This document shows, in pieces, positions 34,307 to 42,453 of a stretch of 51,337 bases of DNA. The notes below the pieces were generated by a model. The model did no database searches, was not told where the DNA came from, and saw nothing but the letters and a program-made list of their open reading frames with translations. The stretch's first letter is position 1; every line of letters begins with the position of its first letter. Source of the DNA: a virus; IMG/VR virus record IMGVR_UViG_3300036846_000218, positions 1 through 51,337 of that record, one strand, 5' to 3'. The translations under genes and the position numbers were made by a program.

Positions 34307-35856
34307 CCGTTTCCACGTTCCCTAGCTCCGGGGTCTTTAATTCCTTCAGCTTTTCCTTCGACTCCCTCGCCTATTTCCAAATCCTGCCATTCACCGGTAT
34401 CAGGATCAAGAACCTTACCGGAACGTGCAGCCATCGTTTCAACCTCAAGCGGGATACCGATTTCAGGATTAGCAGCATCAACATCATCCTCACTGATGTT
34501 GGTGTAAATTTCCGTCTTGTCAGACAGTGCCTTCAATTCCATGACTGCTGTTCGTTGCGACACCAACCCGGCAGTGAACGGTTTGACAATCGCTTCCGTC
34601 CCTGTTTCCGCAAGTTCAGCTTTCTCTTTCTCGCCCAAAACGCGAATGCTTGGAAAGACGTAATCAAGATCATCCGGCACCTTGCCGAATTCAGACATGC
34701 AAATAAGCGGATAGAGCACATCCAACTGCGGTTTCATCTGATCGTTTTGGTACTGTGCAATTGTTTCCTCGTAGTTACGTTCATCAGCTTCGTTCGTCTG
34801 CCCCAAAGCAGACACATTGCGTCCAAACATCTTTGAATAAGGAATTCCAAAGCTACCAGAGACAGACACTTCAAACCTGTCAAGAACTTCGGATATACCC
34901 CCAAAGGCGTATTGGTGGGTTTCAAGTTTCCCATCCTTCGGAAGAATCAGCATCGAATTGATATTCAACAACTGATTCTGCGCTTCCATGATTTGATAGT
35001 ATTTTTGCGCTGCCTGTTGACTCGCGCCCAACCCGCTTACGATCTGCGCTAACTCCGGGTTGACTTGAGTAAGTATCTGCGCTCTGAACATCAATTGAAG
35101 AATGCTCCAACTTGCGTTGTCTCTTTTCCGCAACTCTTCAAAAGCCAATTCCAGAACAGAAATGCCCCAATACGAACTAGCTTCGTATTCCGGTGTAGGC
35201 ACTTCGGGACCACAGAAACGAAGAATACGACTAGCATGAACATCAAACAGTGCCTCATACCCGTTGCCAAACACGGTGTAATACTCTGGCAATCCAAACG
35301 TCAACGGGTCGTTGATATCTTTTGCAATCTGATCACGCGGCGTGATACCACTCCAGCGGTCAAAGATGATTAAGCCTTTGTAAGTGCCGGGGTTCACATC
35401 ATCAAGTTCAAGCGGTTCATCCAAACGGTTTTCATGCCCATCAATCACGATCAGAGCACCGGCACCACCGTACAGCCGCGCCCATGTTACCGCTCTCTTG
35501 ATTTTGATTTTAGTTAAGGTTTTGTTCAGGGTGTTCTCAAAGTTACGAATCTCTTGCGGGGTCAAGCTACACTTCAGGCGCGGCCATGCCTTACAAGCAT
35601 CAGCAGCGGGTATCTCCACCCCTTTACGCGCTATCCAGTGATTGCGAAACAACGTCACCATCAACCAATAGTTGAGTGACCACCGGACTAATGTATACTC
35701 TGTAGCTTCGGCAACAGACGGTGTTTCGTATCCCATCCGTGCGGCAGGGTTCGTAAATGCATCTTTGCCTACAGAGTCCTTACCCTCATCAATGGACACC
35801 ACCGGCTTGCGTAGCGCATTGTCGGCAAAGGTGCGGTACCGTGGACCCTTCGGCAT
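34303..35856 (-). CDS. Portal protein (DUF1073-like)
   Basis: 517 aa, directly downstream of the large terminase gene. The C-terminus is acidic. Confidence 0.75.
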   Translation of the reverse strand: MPKGPRYRTFADNALRKPVVSIDEGKDSVGKDAFTNPAARMGYETPSVAEATEYTLVRWSLNYWLMVTLFRNHWIARKGVEIPAADACKAWPRLKCSLTPQEIRNFENTLNKTLTKIKIKRAVTWARLYGGAGALIVIDGHENRLDEPLELDDVNPGTYKGLIIFDRWSGITPRDQIAKDINDPLTFGLPEYYTVFGNGYEALFDVHASRILRFCGPEVPTPEYEASSYWGISVLELAFEELRKRDNASWSILQLMFRAQILTQVNPELAQIVSGLGASQQAAQKYYQIMEAQNQLLNINSMLILPKDGKLETHQYAFGGISEVLDRFEVSVSGSFGIPYSKMFGRNVSALGQTNEADERNYEETIAQYQNDQMKPQLDVLYPLICMSEFGKVPDDLDYVFPSIRVLGEKEKAELAETGTEAIVKPFTAGLVSQRTAVMELKALSDKTEIYTNISEDDVDAANPEIGIPLEVETMAARSGKVLDPDTGEWQDLEIGEGVEGKAEGIKDPGARERGNG

Positions 35857-37119
35857 TTAATTACTTTCCATTGGCAGTGTTATGCGCCAATTTGGAACCT
35901 TCGTGTTGACGAAGTATCTAAGAGCATCGGGCGCGTGATCGTGGACTTTCAAAGGAACGTCTTCGCCCTTTTTCTCCTGCTTAGTGTCCCACGCGTAAGT
36001 CTGCAATTCCAACCTAAGCATCCGGCAGCGTCTATGTATTTTGATTTTGCGCTGTGCCAGCAGACTACTTGTCTTACGGATACCATCTTCAACGTTGTTA
36101 TCAGCATCCGTGTGCCAGATGCCGCGCAACGCCATTTCCGCCTTGAATGATGCCGCCGATGGATCAACGACAACCATTGCCCCCTGCGGAGCTACCTTGT
36201 CGCGGAACTCTATCAAGTCCGAAGCGTATTGTCCATCAGTCTTTTGTGCCGCTTCAACTTTCGAGTCCCAGTAATACTCTCGATCTACCCAATAGATTTG
36301 ACCGTCGTCAATGATATGGAGAAACACCATTGGATTTGTTGTGCCGTAATCAAGCGGAATGCACTGCTCTACAAAACCACCGCTATTGCCAAGACTGATA
36401 GGACGCGAAGCATCATCATAATCATTTAATTCTGGTGAATAGGAATCGCGGTATATCGCGCCTTCAGCAACAACCCATTCGCCAAGAATCATGCGCTTGT
36501 GAAACACGCCCCGGTACATCGATTCATAACGCTTGATCGTATCTGCACTAAGACTTGTGTTGTCATGAATGTTGAATTTAATAACCCTCACCAATCCAGA
36601 TTGAAGCTTGTCCACATCCGTTATGTAATCGACATATAACCAGTGGAAGGGATTATCCGGGTTGGTCGTACCGTACAGCCTAGCGCCCTCTGGTGACATG
36701 CGCCCCAACATCATAGTAAAAAACGACTGTGGGGTTAGTACCAACTCGTCACCGTAAGCTAACCCCACCGTCGCACCCCGAATGAATTTCTCTGATCCTT
36801 CATCCTTCGCGCCAACGACACGCCACTTAACACCATCAAGAAAGAAAGCACCAGTTTGTCTGTTGTAGCTGTAATGTCCTGCTCCAACAAACTCACACAA
36901 ATCGTTCAGCACATTATTCCAAATCGTCTCTTTTGTAACGCCAAAAAAGATGCGCTCTCCTGCTACCGGATAACGATTCAACTCCCCGGCTATCTTTGGA
37001 ATCATCGTCCATGTCTTGCTTGAACGTATCGGTCCCTCAAGGATGTTTATGAATGCATCCTCTGCCGGGTTACGCAATATGAAGTCTGTTGACTTCTTTG
37101 AAAACGGTTTGAAGTTCAA
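35857..37119 (-). CDS. terL: Terminase large subunit (PBSX-type)
   Basis: 420 aa. The N-terminal Walker A variant is ILEGPIRSSKTW. A C-terminal nuclease region contains VVVDPSAASF. Confidence 0.85.
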   Translation of the reverse strand: MNFKPFSKKSTDFILRNPAEDAFINILEGPIRSSKTWTMIPKIAGELNRYPVAGERIFFGVTKETIWNNVLNDLCEFVGAGHYSYNRQTGAFFLDGVKWRVVGAKDEGSEKFIRGATVGLAYGDELVLTPQSFFTMMLGRMSPEGARLYGTTNPDNPFHWLYVDYITDVDKLQSGLVRVIKFNIHDNTSLSADTIKRYESMYRGVFHKRMILGEWVVAEGAIYRDSYSPELNDYDDASRPISLGNSGGFVEQCIPLDYGTTNPMVFLHIIDDGQIYWVDREYYWDSKVEAAQKTDGQYASDLIEFRDKVAPQGAMVVVDPSAASFKAEMALRGIWHTDADNNVEDGIRKTSSLLAQRKIKIHRRCRMLRLELQTYAWDTKQEKKGEDVPLKVHDHAPDALRYFVNTKVPNWRITLPMESN

Positions 37120-37535
37120 GTCTCAACAGGATGCTTCAACGCATCAACCATTTGTTGAAAAGTGTCTAGGTTCTTGTTTGGTGACGATGGTTCATCGCCC
37201 TTCGTCCACCGCATCAGTTCGGCGTACAGACGCTTGGCTTGTATCCGGTCCTTTGGTTCAATGTTCGGATTGGTAGCATCTGACCACGTTTCCAGCAACA
37301 AACGTTCGCGTGTTTTGGGGATAGCGTCTAACCTGTCAACCTCTTCGATGACTTCAGGATCATGCGGCCATTCATCCCCGATTTGTAGTACGTACTGACT
37401 GTATTTAAGTGCGTTTTCTCTTCCAACAACTTGCTTGGCGATCTGATGCGCGTATTGCAAACGTAGCGGTTTGTCGATGCGTTGCAACAGTTTTGCAAAC
37501 ATCATTTTGTAATCGTGTAGGGACACGTCCGCCAT
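37116..37535 (-). CDS. Candidate terminase small subunit
   Basis: 139 aa. It overlaps the terL start and is the first gene of the late operon. No motif was recognised. Confidence 0.45.
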   Translation of the reverse strand: MADVSLHDYKMMFAKLLQRIDKPLRLQYAHQIAKQVVGRENALKYSQYVLQIGDEWPHDPEVIEEVDRLDAIPKTRERLLLETWSDATNPNIEPKDRIQAKRLYAELMRWTKGDEPSSPNKNLDTFQQMVDALKHPVET

Positions 37536-37585
37536 GCCGGATAGGGTACCTTAATTCAATTTCAAAGGGAATTTGTTTGAGCGAA

Positions 37586-37828
37586 CTGCAATAATTGCAG
37601 CGGCGGCAGATGTGCCGCTAAATACGAAAGCCCCCGGTGGACGGAGGCTTTCATAACTGGAGGTACCCCGATGGATAGGCCACCGGAAACCCCGGTGATG
37701 CTTCGGAGAATGGCCGTTCTCCTAAGCATCCTGCGATCTATTGTGAACCTTGCCGTAGCTGTAGTCAAGCTATGGCAAGCACTATAGACCACATCAACCC
37801 CGGTCTGTCAAATCACCGGCAGACCGGG
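37586..37828. other. Array of seven palindromes/stem-loops in the leader upstream of the terminase genes
   Basis: Elements: CTGCAATAATTGCAG (37586-37600); AGCGGC/GCCGCT (37599-37619); AAAGCC/GGCTTT (37627-37651); CACCGG/CCGGTG (37681-37697); GATGCTTcGGAGAA/TTCTCCtAAGCATC (37697-37730); TTGCCGTAGCT/AGCTATGGCAA (37750-37778); CCCGGTCTG/CAGACCGGG (37798-37828). Confidence 0.8.
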
Positions 37829-37829
37829 C

Positions 37830-37867
37830 AAAAAATACCCCTTTGGCAAAATTTCACACCAAAGGGG
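37830..37867 (-). terminator. Rho-independent terminator after 37891..38430
   Basis: The - strand reads CCCCTTTGG, a 12-nt loop, CCAAAGGGG, then TATTTTTTG. Confidence 0.7.
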
Positions 37868-37890
37868 TTTCCCAGTTGCCGTTTACTCTA

Positions 37891-38430
37891 CTACTGAACA
37901 CGATAGACTCGCGCACCAGTGGTTGTTTCCACCGCACCGTTGGGGTACGTGTCGCCAGCAGTAACCCGGCGAAGACGAAACACCTTGCCTTCGTCCTTGT
38001 ACCGGCGAGTTGCACTGGTAACGGTGCTACCAAACGACACCCACGGTTCAGCCTTCTCTTTGGAAGCGGGAATCACGAAACTTTGCCCAACTTCCATGAA
38101 TTTGAATGGGTACTGTTCGCCCTTGACTCCCCGCTTAGTTTGCATCGGGAAATCGTTAAACAACGGATGATTTGCAAGAATTGTTTCTCTCTCAAGCATC
38201 GCTGCCGCTCCATTGGGTTTTGGTGCCGGGTTGTCGTTGAAATGAACAGCGATCATCGTACCTTGCCGTAGTTCTTCGGCAAACTCGATATGATCTGGGT
38301 CATTTTCCTTCAGTGCAATCAAATCAGCATCGGATTCTTCCAACATCAGGTACCGGGGTTCCTCTTGCGCTTCCGATGCTTCTTTGATTCTCGCCAACAA
38401 CGCTTTCTGATTCTTGTTCAACTTTGCCAT
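37891..38430 (-). CDS. Hypothetical protein
   Basis: The start is at MAKLNKNQ, with GGGGAGAG about 8 nt upstream. 179 aa with an acidic N-terminal half. Confidence 0.55.
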   Translation of the reverse strand: MAKLNKNQKALLARIKEASEAQEEPRYLMLEESDADLIALKENDPDHIEFAEELRQGTMIAVHFNDNPAPKPNGAAAMLERETILANHPLFNDFPMQTKRGVKGEQYPFKFMEVGQSFVIPASKEKAEPWVSFGSTVTSATRRYKDEGKVFRLRRVTAGDTYPNGAVETTTGARVYRVQ

Positions 38431-38480
38431 CTTTTGCACTCTCCCCTGTAGGAATTCTAGTCCTGCAAGGAACAACGATA

Positions 38481-38753
38481 CTAATATTTTTTGTGTTCAG
38501 CAAGTAAAAGTTCTCTAATCTTCGCAATCCTGTCTTCACATTGTTGACAATTCGGTTGACAAGAATAAACCGGCTTGATAGAGCGAATGAAACCATTCTT
38601 TTGCGTAACATGAACCTCTAAAACGTTGCCGCAACTAGATTTAAACTTGCGAACAACCATCGTTGTAGAAGCGTTTTCTGTTCCGCGACTACATGAAAAA
38701 GCAGTCACCAACCCTTTAGGTAGAAACGGGATATCGCTCTGGACTGGCATCAT
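38481..38753 (-). CDS. Small Cys-rich protein (start uncertain)
   Basis: The ORF overlaps the 3-prime end of the VRR-NUC gene. It contains CSRG...SCGN...CQPNCQQC. Confidence 0.35.
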   Translation of the reverse strand: MMPVQSDIPFLPKGLVTAFSCSRGTENASTTMVVRKFKSSCGNVLEVHVTQKNGFIRSIKPVYSCQPNCQQCEDRIAKIRELLLAEHKKY

Positions 38754-39162
38754 GGCATGTTTTACATTCATCAGGATCACCCTCAAGATATTGAACGATG
38801 TATTCCCTTGCGGTCTGCCAGTGGTAGCAGACCACAGCCGCGTATCCCATCGTCCTCAATGCTTGAAGCCAATCCTGTTGATTTGCTGTTGGCTTGTTTT
38901 TGCCAATCTTTAATTCAATAAATAGCCCATGCTTGCCCCATCTGGCAACCGGTAGCATTACATCCGGCACACCAGACCGTACCCCGGCAGCTTTCATGAA
39001 TCCAGCTTCAACGCGATTTCTGGTGCCGCCATTCGGAACGGCGAACATGTAATTTAGCTCCGGGTACTGATACGTTGTCAATGCCGCCCATGCAAATAGT
39101 GCCGTCTGGTGTGCCTGTTCCGAACCCGATTTTGCTAAGTCATCCGGTGTAGGACCGCTCAT
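38716..39162 (-). CDS. VRR-NUC domain nuclease
   Basis: 148 aa. GVPDVMLPV...GLFIELKIGKNKPTANQQDWLQAL shows a PD...ExK core followed by the Q..W pattern typical of VRR-NUC. Confidence 0.75.
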   Translation of the reverse strand: MSGPTPDDLAKSGSEQAHQTALFAWAALTTYQYPELNYMFAVPNGGTRNRVEAGFMKAAGVRSGVPDVMLPVARWGKHGLFIELKIGKNKPTANQQDWLQALRTMGYAAVVCYHWQTAREYIVQYLEGDPDECKTCHDASPERYPVST

Positions 39163-39241
39163 GAATTCACCCCAAAAAGAGCATTCCCCGTCGCATTAAA
39201 GCAACGGGGAATGTCTCACCAACGCAAATCTGATTTTGCCA

Positions 39242-39430
39242 TCATTTCCAATGCACTTCTGGTCTTTTGACTATGGTCGTTGTTTCCGTCGTTTGGTTCG
39301 TTGTTTTCTCTAGCAAGTTGTGGTCGTTAACAATAGTGGTAGCATGTGCGGCATCAGTTGCAGTCGCCACCCATTTGCCGTTGTCATCTTGTACGGCAAC
39401 GTTAGAGCAAATGTTAATTACAGCCCACAA
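39242..39430 (-). CDS. Hypothetical protein
   Basis: 62 aa. TTG start with GGAGG 9 nt upstream. Confidence 0.45.
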   Translation of the reverse strand: MWAVINICSNVAVQDDNGKWVATATDAAHATTIVNDHNLLEKTTNQTTETTTIVKRPEVHWK

Positions 39431-39712
39431 GGATTTTTACCTCCATTTCCCCCTTGCGGGAATTATTCAATTGAGAACGAATAGTACGCTCGTAATGCAG
39501 CGAAAGCAAGTTGAATCGTTACAAAAGTTCACAATGTTGTAAACCATTGTTAATTCAACAGTTGCTTAATTTCCTCCCACTTTTCCACAAGCAAGACACC
39601 CATACAGTTGCAAACATGAAATCATGAACAACCCATTGCCTAACGGTTTGACGCCATAATGACGTCATAGTAGAACAACGCCTTTGTGGATGTACTATAG
39701 CCAGTTACCACT

Positions 39713-39748
39713 CTGTACAAGCCTGTACAAGCCTGTACAAGCCTGTAC
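39713..39748. repeat. Tandem decamer array (CTGTACAAGC)x3 plus a partial fourth copy
   Basis: Perfect copies at 39713, 39723 and 39733, with CTGTAC at 39743. TGTACTA also occurs at 39691 and 39744. Each unit contains the palindrome TGTACA. Confidence 0.95.
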
Positions 39749-39758
39749 TAACTTTGTG

Positions 39759-39956
39759 TTAGTTTATCCGGCGAATGGGGATGGTACGTTCATCCAGAAA
39801 CCTATCAATGTCCTTGCGCCTGATCTTGCGAAAGTGACCGATCTTGACGCTAGGAATCTCCCGATTGTAGACCCATCTCCACAGCGAATCCACTTTCATA
39901 CCTAACAACATTGCAGCTTCGGGAACACTATACAATTCCTGTTCGATAGGACACAT
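39759..39956 (-). CDS. xis: Excisionase-family / MerR-type helix-turn-helix DNA-binding protein
   Basis: 65 aa from the ATG at 39956. YSVPEAAMLLGMKVDSLWRWVYNREIPSVKIGHFRKIRRKDIDRFL is the classic Xis-type HTH pattern. Confidence 0.7.
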   Translation of the reverse strand: MCPIEQELYSVPEAAMLLGMKVDSLWRWVYNREIPSVKIGHFRKIRRKDIDRFLDERTIPIRRIN

Positions 39957-40492
39957 TGTTTTCAACCTCGCACTGGCGGAAGCCCCGCCTAGAAAAACGC
40001 AATCCAGACCTTAGCGGTAGTTTGCTTTGGGGTCAAGAAAAAAAAAATCGAAACGGTCCCGATGCCCGAATCACTAGACCACATGTAGACCACGGAGGAA
40101 TCAGAGTCCCGAAAAAGTCCCGAACTCTGCAACTTCAAAACACTCAACTACCGTTTAATCAACGGTTTAACCTACTGGGTTACTCTGATGCCCCATCATA
40201 CTACGCGTGATTTTGTAGTACCCATGTAGTAGGGGTGTAAACACCCGGTAGTGCAGGGTTAAACCACATGCCTTCATACCCTTACAACCTAGTGATCACC
40301 ACTCGTTCACATATATTCTAGCCTTCCAAAAAAGTCAACTCCAAAGTTTTCCAAATCCAAGTCCCAAAAAATTTGGGAGTTTTTGGTTATAGTGATCTTC
40401 GATATAACGATCTTCGATAGAGCGAGCATGAGCGGTACCCCCATAGGGTACGAAAAGCAAATATCGTTGCACGAATGCAACGCTTTGAACAT

Positions 40493-40551
40493 GAAAAACG
40501 GGGTGCTCTCCCAGTGGCAATTAGACAGATTCCCTCTGGAGTAGCACCCCG
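40493..40551 (-). terminator. Rho-independent terminator after 40576..41205
   Basis: The - strand reads CGGGGTGCTACTCCAG, a loop, CTGGGAGAGCACCCCG, then TTTTTCATG. Confidence 0.65.
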
Positions 40552-40575
40552 CTTTCAGCAACACCCGGTGGAGTG

Positions 40576-41205
40576 CTACTGAACTTGTACCGGTCGTGGT
40601 GGTGGTGGCGGCAGCGGCGGCAACTTCGATTCCGGTACACCAGCTTTTCTCGCCACTGATCGAGCAACATAAAATCGCTGCTTTGCTAAATAAGCATCTG
40701 ATTTTTTCTTGCTACCCGGTGTCAATGTTCTCAGCATTGGTTTGCCATTCTTAATTGCAACCTTTGCCCGTTTCTTCATGATTGCCGAACGCTGTTCAGG
40801 AGTGAATTGCATCCAATATTTCTTGCTTGCACTCAATTCAACTTTTGGCGGACGACCTAAGCGTTTTCCGGCAGCGGTTACTTTTCCCTGATATGTTTTC
40901 TCCCTACGCTCCGCATGGTTGCCGGTGCCGCTTCGTGGTGACGCATGGTCGTGTGAATGCTCAACCATTTCCAACGCTGCCACGGCTGTACCCCTGTCGG
41001 TGGTAGCGCCCCGCAAAAGTGGCACTTCACCCTCAGCCCCGCGTGACCCCAAGGGGTAAAGTAGTTCCCCAATCCGCGAGGCGATAAAGCCGAACGGGGT
41101 ACCAGTTGCAAGGCAGATTGACTCGATTTCTCGCTCGATTCGCCCGTAGAGACGGGCAACGTCCGTGTCGCTGATAGTGCCATTCTGAAATCCTCTCTTG
41201 ACCAT
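40576..41205 (-). CDS. Basic protein of unknown function (candidate DNA-binding regulator)
   Basis: The start is at MVKRGF, with AAGGAAA upstream. 209 aa. The C-terminal half is Lys/Arg-rich with GRPPK and a PPLPPPPPRP tail. Confidence 0.55.
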   Translation of the reverse strand: MVKRGFQNGTISDTDVARLYGRIEREIESICLATGTPFGFIASRIGELLYPLGSRGAEGEVPLLRGATTDRGTAVAALEMVEHSHDHASPRSGTGNHAERREKTYQGKVTAAGKRLGRPPKVELSASKKYWMQFTPEQRSAIMKKRAKVAIKNGKPMLRTLTPGSKKKSDAYLAKQRFYVARSVARKAGVPESKLPPLPPPPPRPVQVQ

Positions 41206-41340
41206 CGTTGTTTCCTTCGTGTCTAGGTTAAGGCAAAAACCCCTAGAACAGCCGTCTAGGGGTCGTTTGCCGGGTTGGGTGGGGGTTTTCCACACCCCCG
41301 ATGCCTACAAGAGCTACAGCAGCCCTCTATGGCGCATTGG

Positions 41341-41574
41341 CTACTGCTTTTTTACCTTTACCGGTCCGCCTGTTCTCTCTTCCAAAACGGAAATTCTGCC
41401 TTCATGATCGATCATGTACTGAACCAGCAAATCAACCTGTTTGGAAATTGAATCAAGTCTACCGTTAACACCGTCGATCTTGCCATCAATCTTGGCATTG
41501 ATATACAGAATCAGAATTGCCGTCTGTCCTGTAAACAATCCCGCAATTGCAAAGAACAATTGAGCGTTTGTCAC
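41341..41574 (-). CDS. Small TM + coiled-coil protein (paralog 2 of 5)
   Basis: 77 aa. MTNAQLFFAIAGLFTGQTAILILYI is followed by KIDGKIDGVNGRLDSISKQVD. Confidence 0.7.
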   Translation of the reverse strand: MTNAQLFFAIAGLFTGQTAILILYINAKIDGKIDGVNGRLDSISKQVDLLVQYMIDHEGRISVLEERTGGPVKVKKQ

Positions 41575-41595
41575 TTCGCTTAGTTCCTCCGCTTT

Positions 41596-41784
41596 TCATT
41601 TCTGCTTCAGCGTTGCAATGTCTGCTTCGTGCCGCCCTAGATCGTGGTAGAACCGTCGCAAGTCCGCTTCAATCACAATCAAACGAGAGTTGAGCGAATT
41701 AAAACCGTGCATCATGAATCCCATAACAACAGCGATTTCAGCACTAACCACCCCAAGGATGGTAAACATTTGAGTCGTTGTCAT
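41596..41784 (-). CDS. Small TM + coiled-coil protein (paralog 3 of 5)
   Basis: 62 aa. MTTTQMFTILGVVSAEIAVVMGFMM is followed by a helical, charged tail. Confidence 0.7.
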   Translation of the reverse strand: MTTTQMFTILGVVSAEIAVVMGFMMHGFNSLNSRLIVIEADLRRFYHDLGRHEADIATLKQK

Positions 41785-41933
41785 TCTTTCTCCTTTGTTA
41801 AGCGATCTAGCTTCAAACCCACCGCTTTGATTTCATCGGCCAAACGATCAATGTGATTGGATAAGTACAATAACCTTAACCACTCAGAACCGAAAATTGC
41901 AACGATTAAAACGGTCAGTTGAATATTCGGCAT
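41781..41933 (-). CDS. Small TM + coiled-coil protein (paralog 4 of 5; below the ORF-track cutoff)
   Basis: 50 aa: MPNIQLTVLIVAIFGSEWLRLLYLSNHIDRLADEIKAVGLKLDRLTKEKE. Its stop overlaps the next ATG (ATGA at 41781-41784). Confidence 0.55.
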   Translation of the reverse strand: MPNIQLTVLIVAIFGSEWLRLLYLSNHIDRLADEIKAVGLKLDRLTKEKE

Positions 41934-41954
41934 GTCGTTTTGTTTCCTCCCCAC

Positions 41955-42218
41955 TCATACCTTTTTGTTTTCCTTGACCAAAGACACAGTAATCTCATCT
42001 GTAGCCTCATCAGCTACGGTCAGCATGAAGTCAAGCGCGTTTTCAACATTGTTGCGTTGGTCGGGTGTGAGCTTATCTAAGTACACCCACATTACGCGAA
42101 TGTGATTACCGTTGGTTACGCTAATCCTGATCTTGGCGCTTTCAGTCATGATACGCAGTTTTTCGAATTGTGCGTCGTACCCTTTTTGCGCTTCTTTCAT
42201 ACTTTTCAGGAAATTCAT
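41955..42218 (-). CDS. Hypothetical protein
   Basis: 87 aa, downstream of the integrase in the same orientation. Confidence 0.55.
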   Translation of the reverse strand: MNFLKSMKEAQKGYDAQFEKLRIMTESAKIRISVTNGNHIRVMWVYLDKLTPDQRNNVENALDFMLTVADEATDEITVSLVKENKKV

Positions 42219-42453
42219 TCATTCTCCTATCCATACAGCGTTTTCAAAGTCAACTTTTACAATTGCATTTGTATTCAGGAAACCTGCCCATGAAAATTAT
42301 GATTACCGGTCGTAAAGCAGCGTAAGACATAGCATCAGCCCCGTACAACAGCGTTTGCAAAGTGCTTAAGAAAGTCACCGGGACGTGTAGGCTCACCGTG
42401 CAAGACACCGTACACCCAATCAACAATGTCCGGTGCATCCGTGCTTAGGTTTT

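Noticed and set aside
37562-37792. 76-aa - strand ORF in the terminase leader
   Set aside because: It has no SD, and its frame is composed almost entirely of the arms of the seven inverted repeats. The region is better explained as structured non-coding DNA or RNA.
39660-39670. 10-bp palindrome ATGACGTCAT as a regulatory site
   Set aside because: It is a single short palindrome with no second copy or positional context. It is too weak to call on its own.
42250-42438. 62-aa - strand ORF between int and 41955..42218
   Set aside because: It has no ribosome-binding site, its composition is Cys/Leu/Thr-rich and odd, and it is bracketed by the 16-bp direct repeat. It is treated as non-coding (attP candidate), although a small hydrophobic peptide cannot be excluded.
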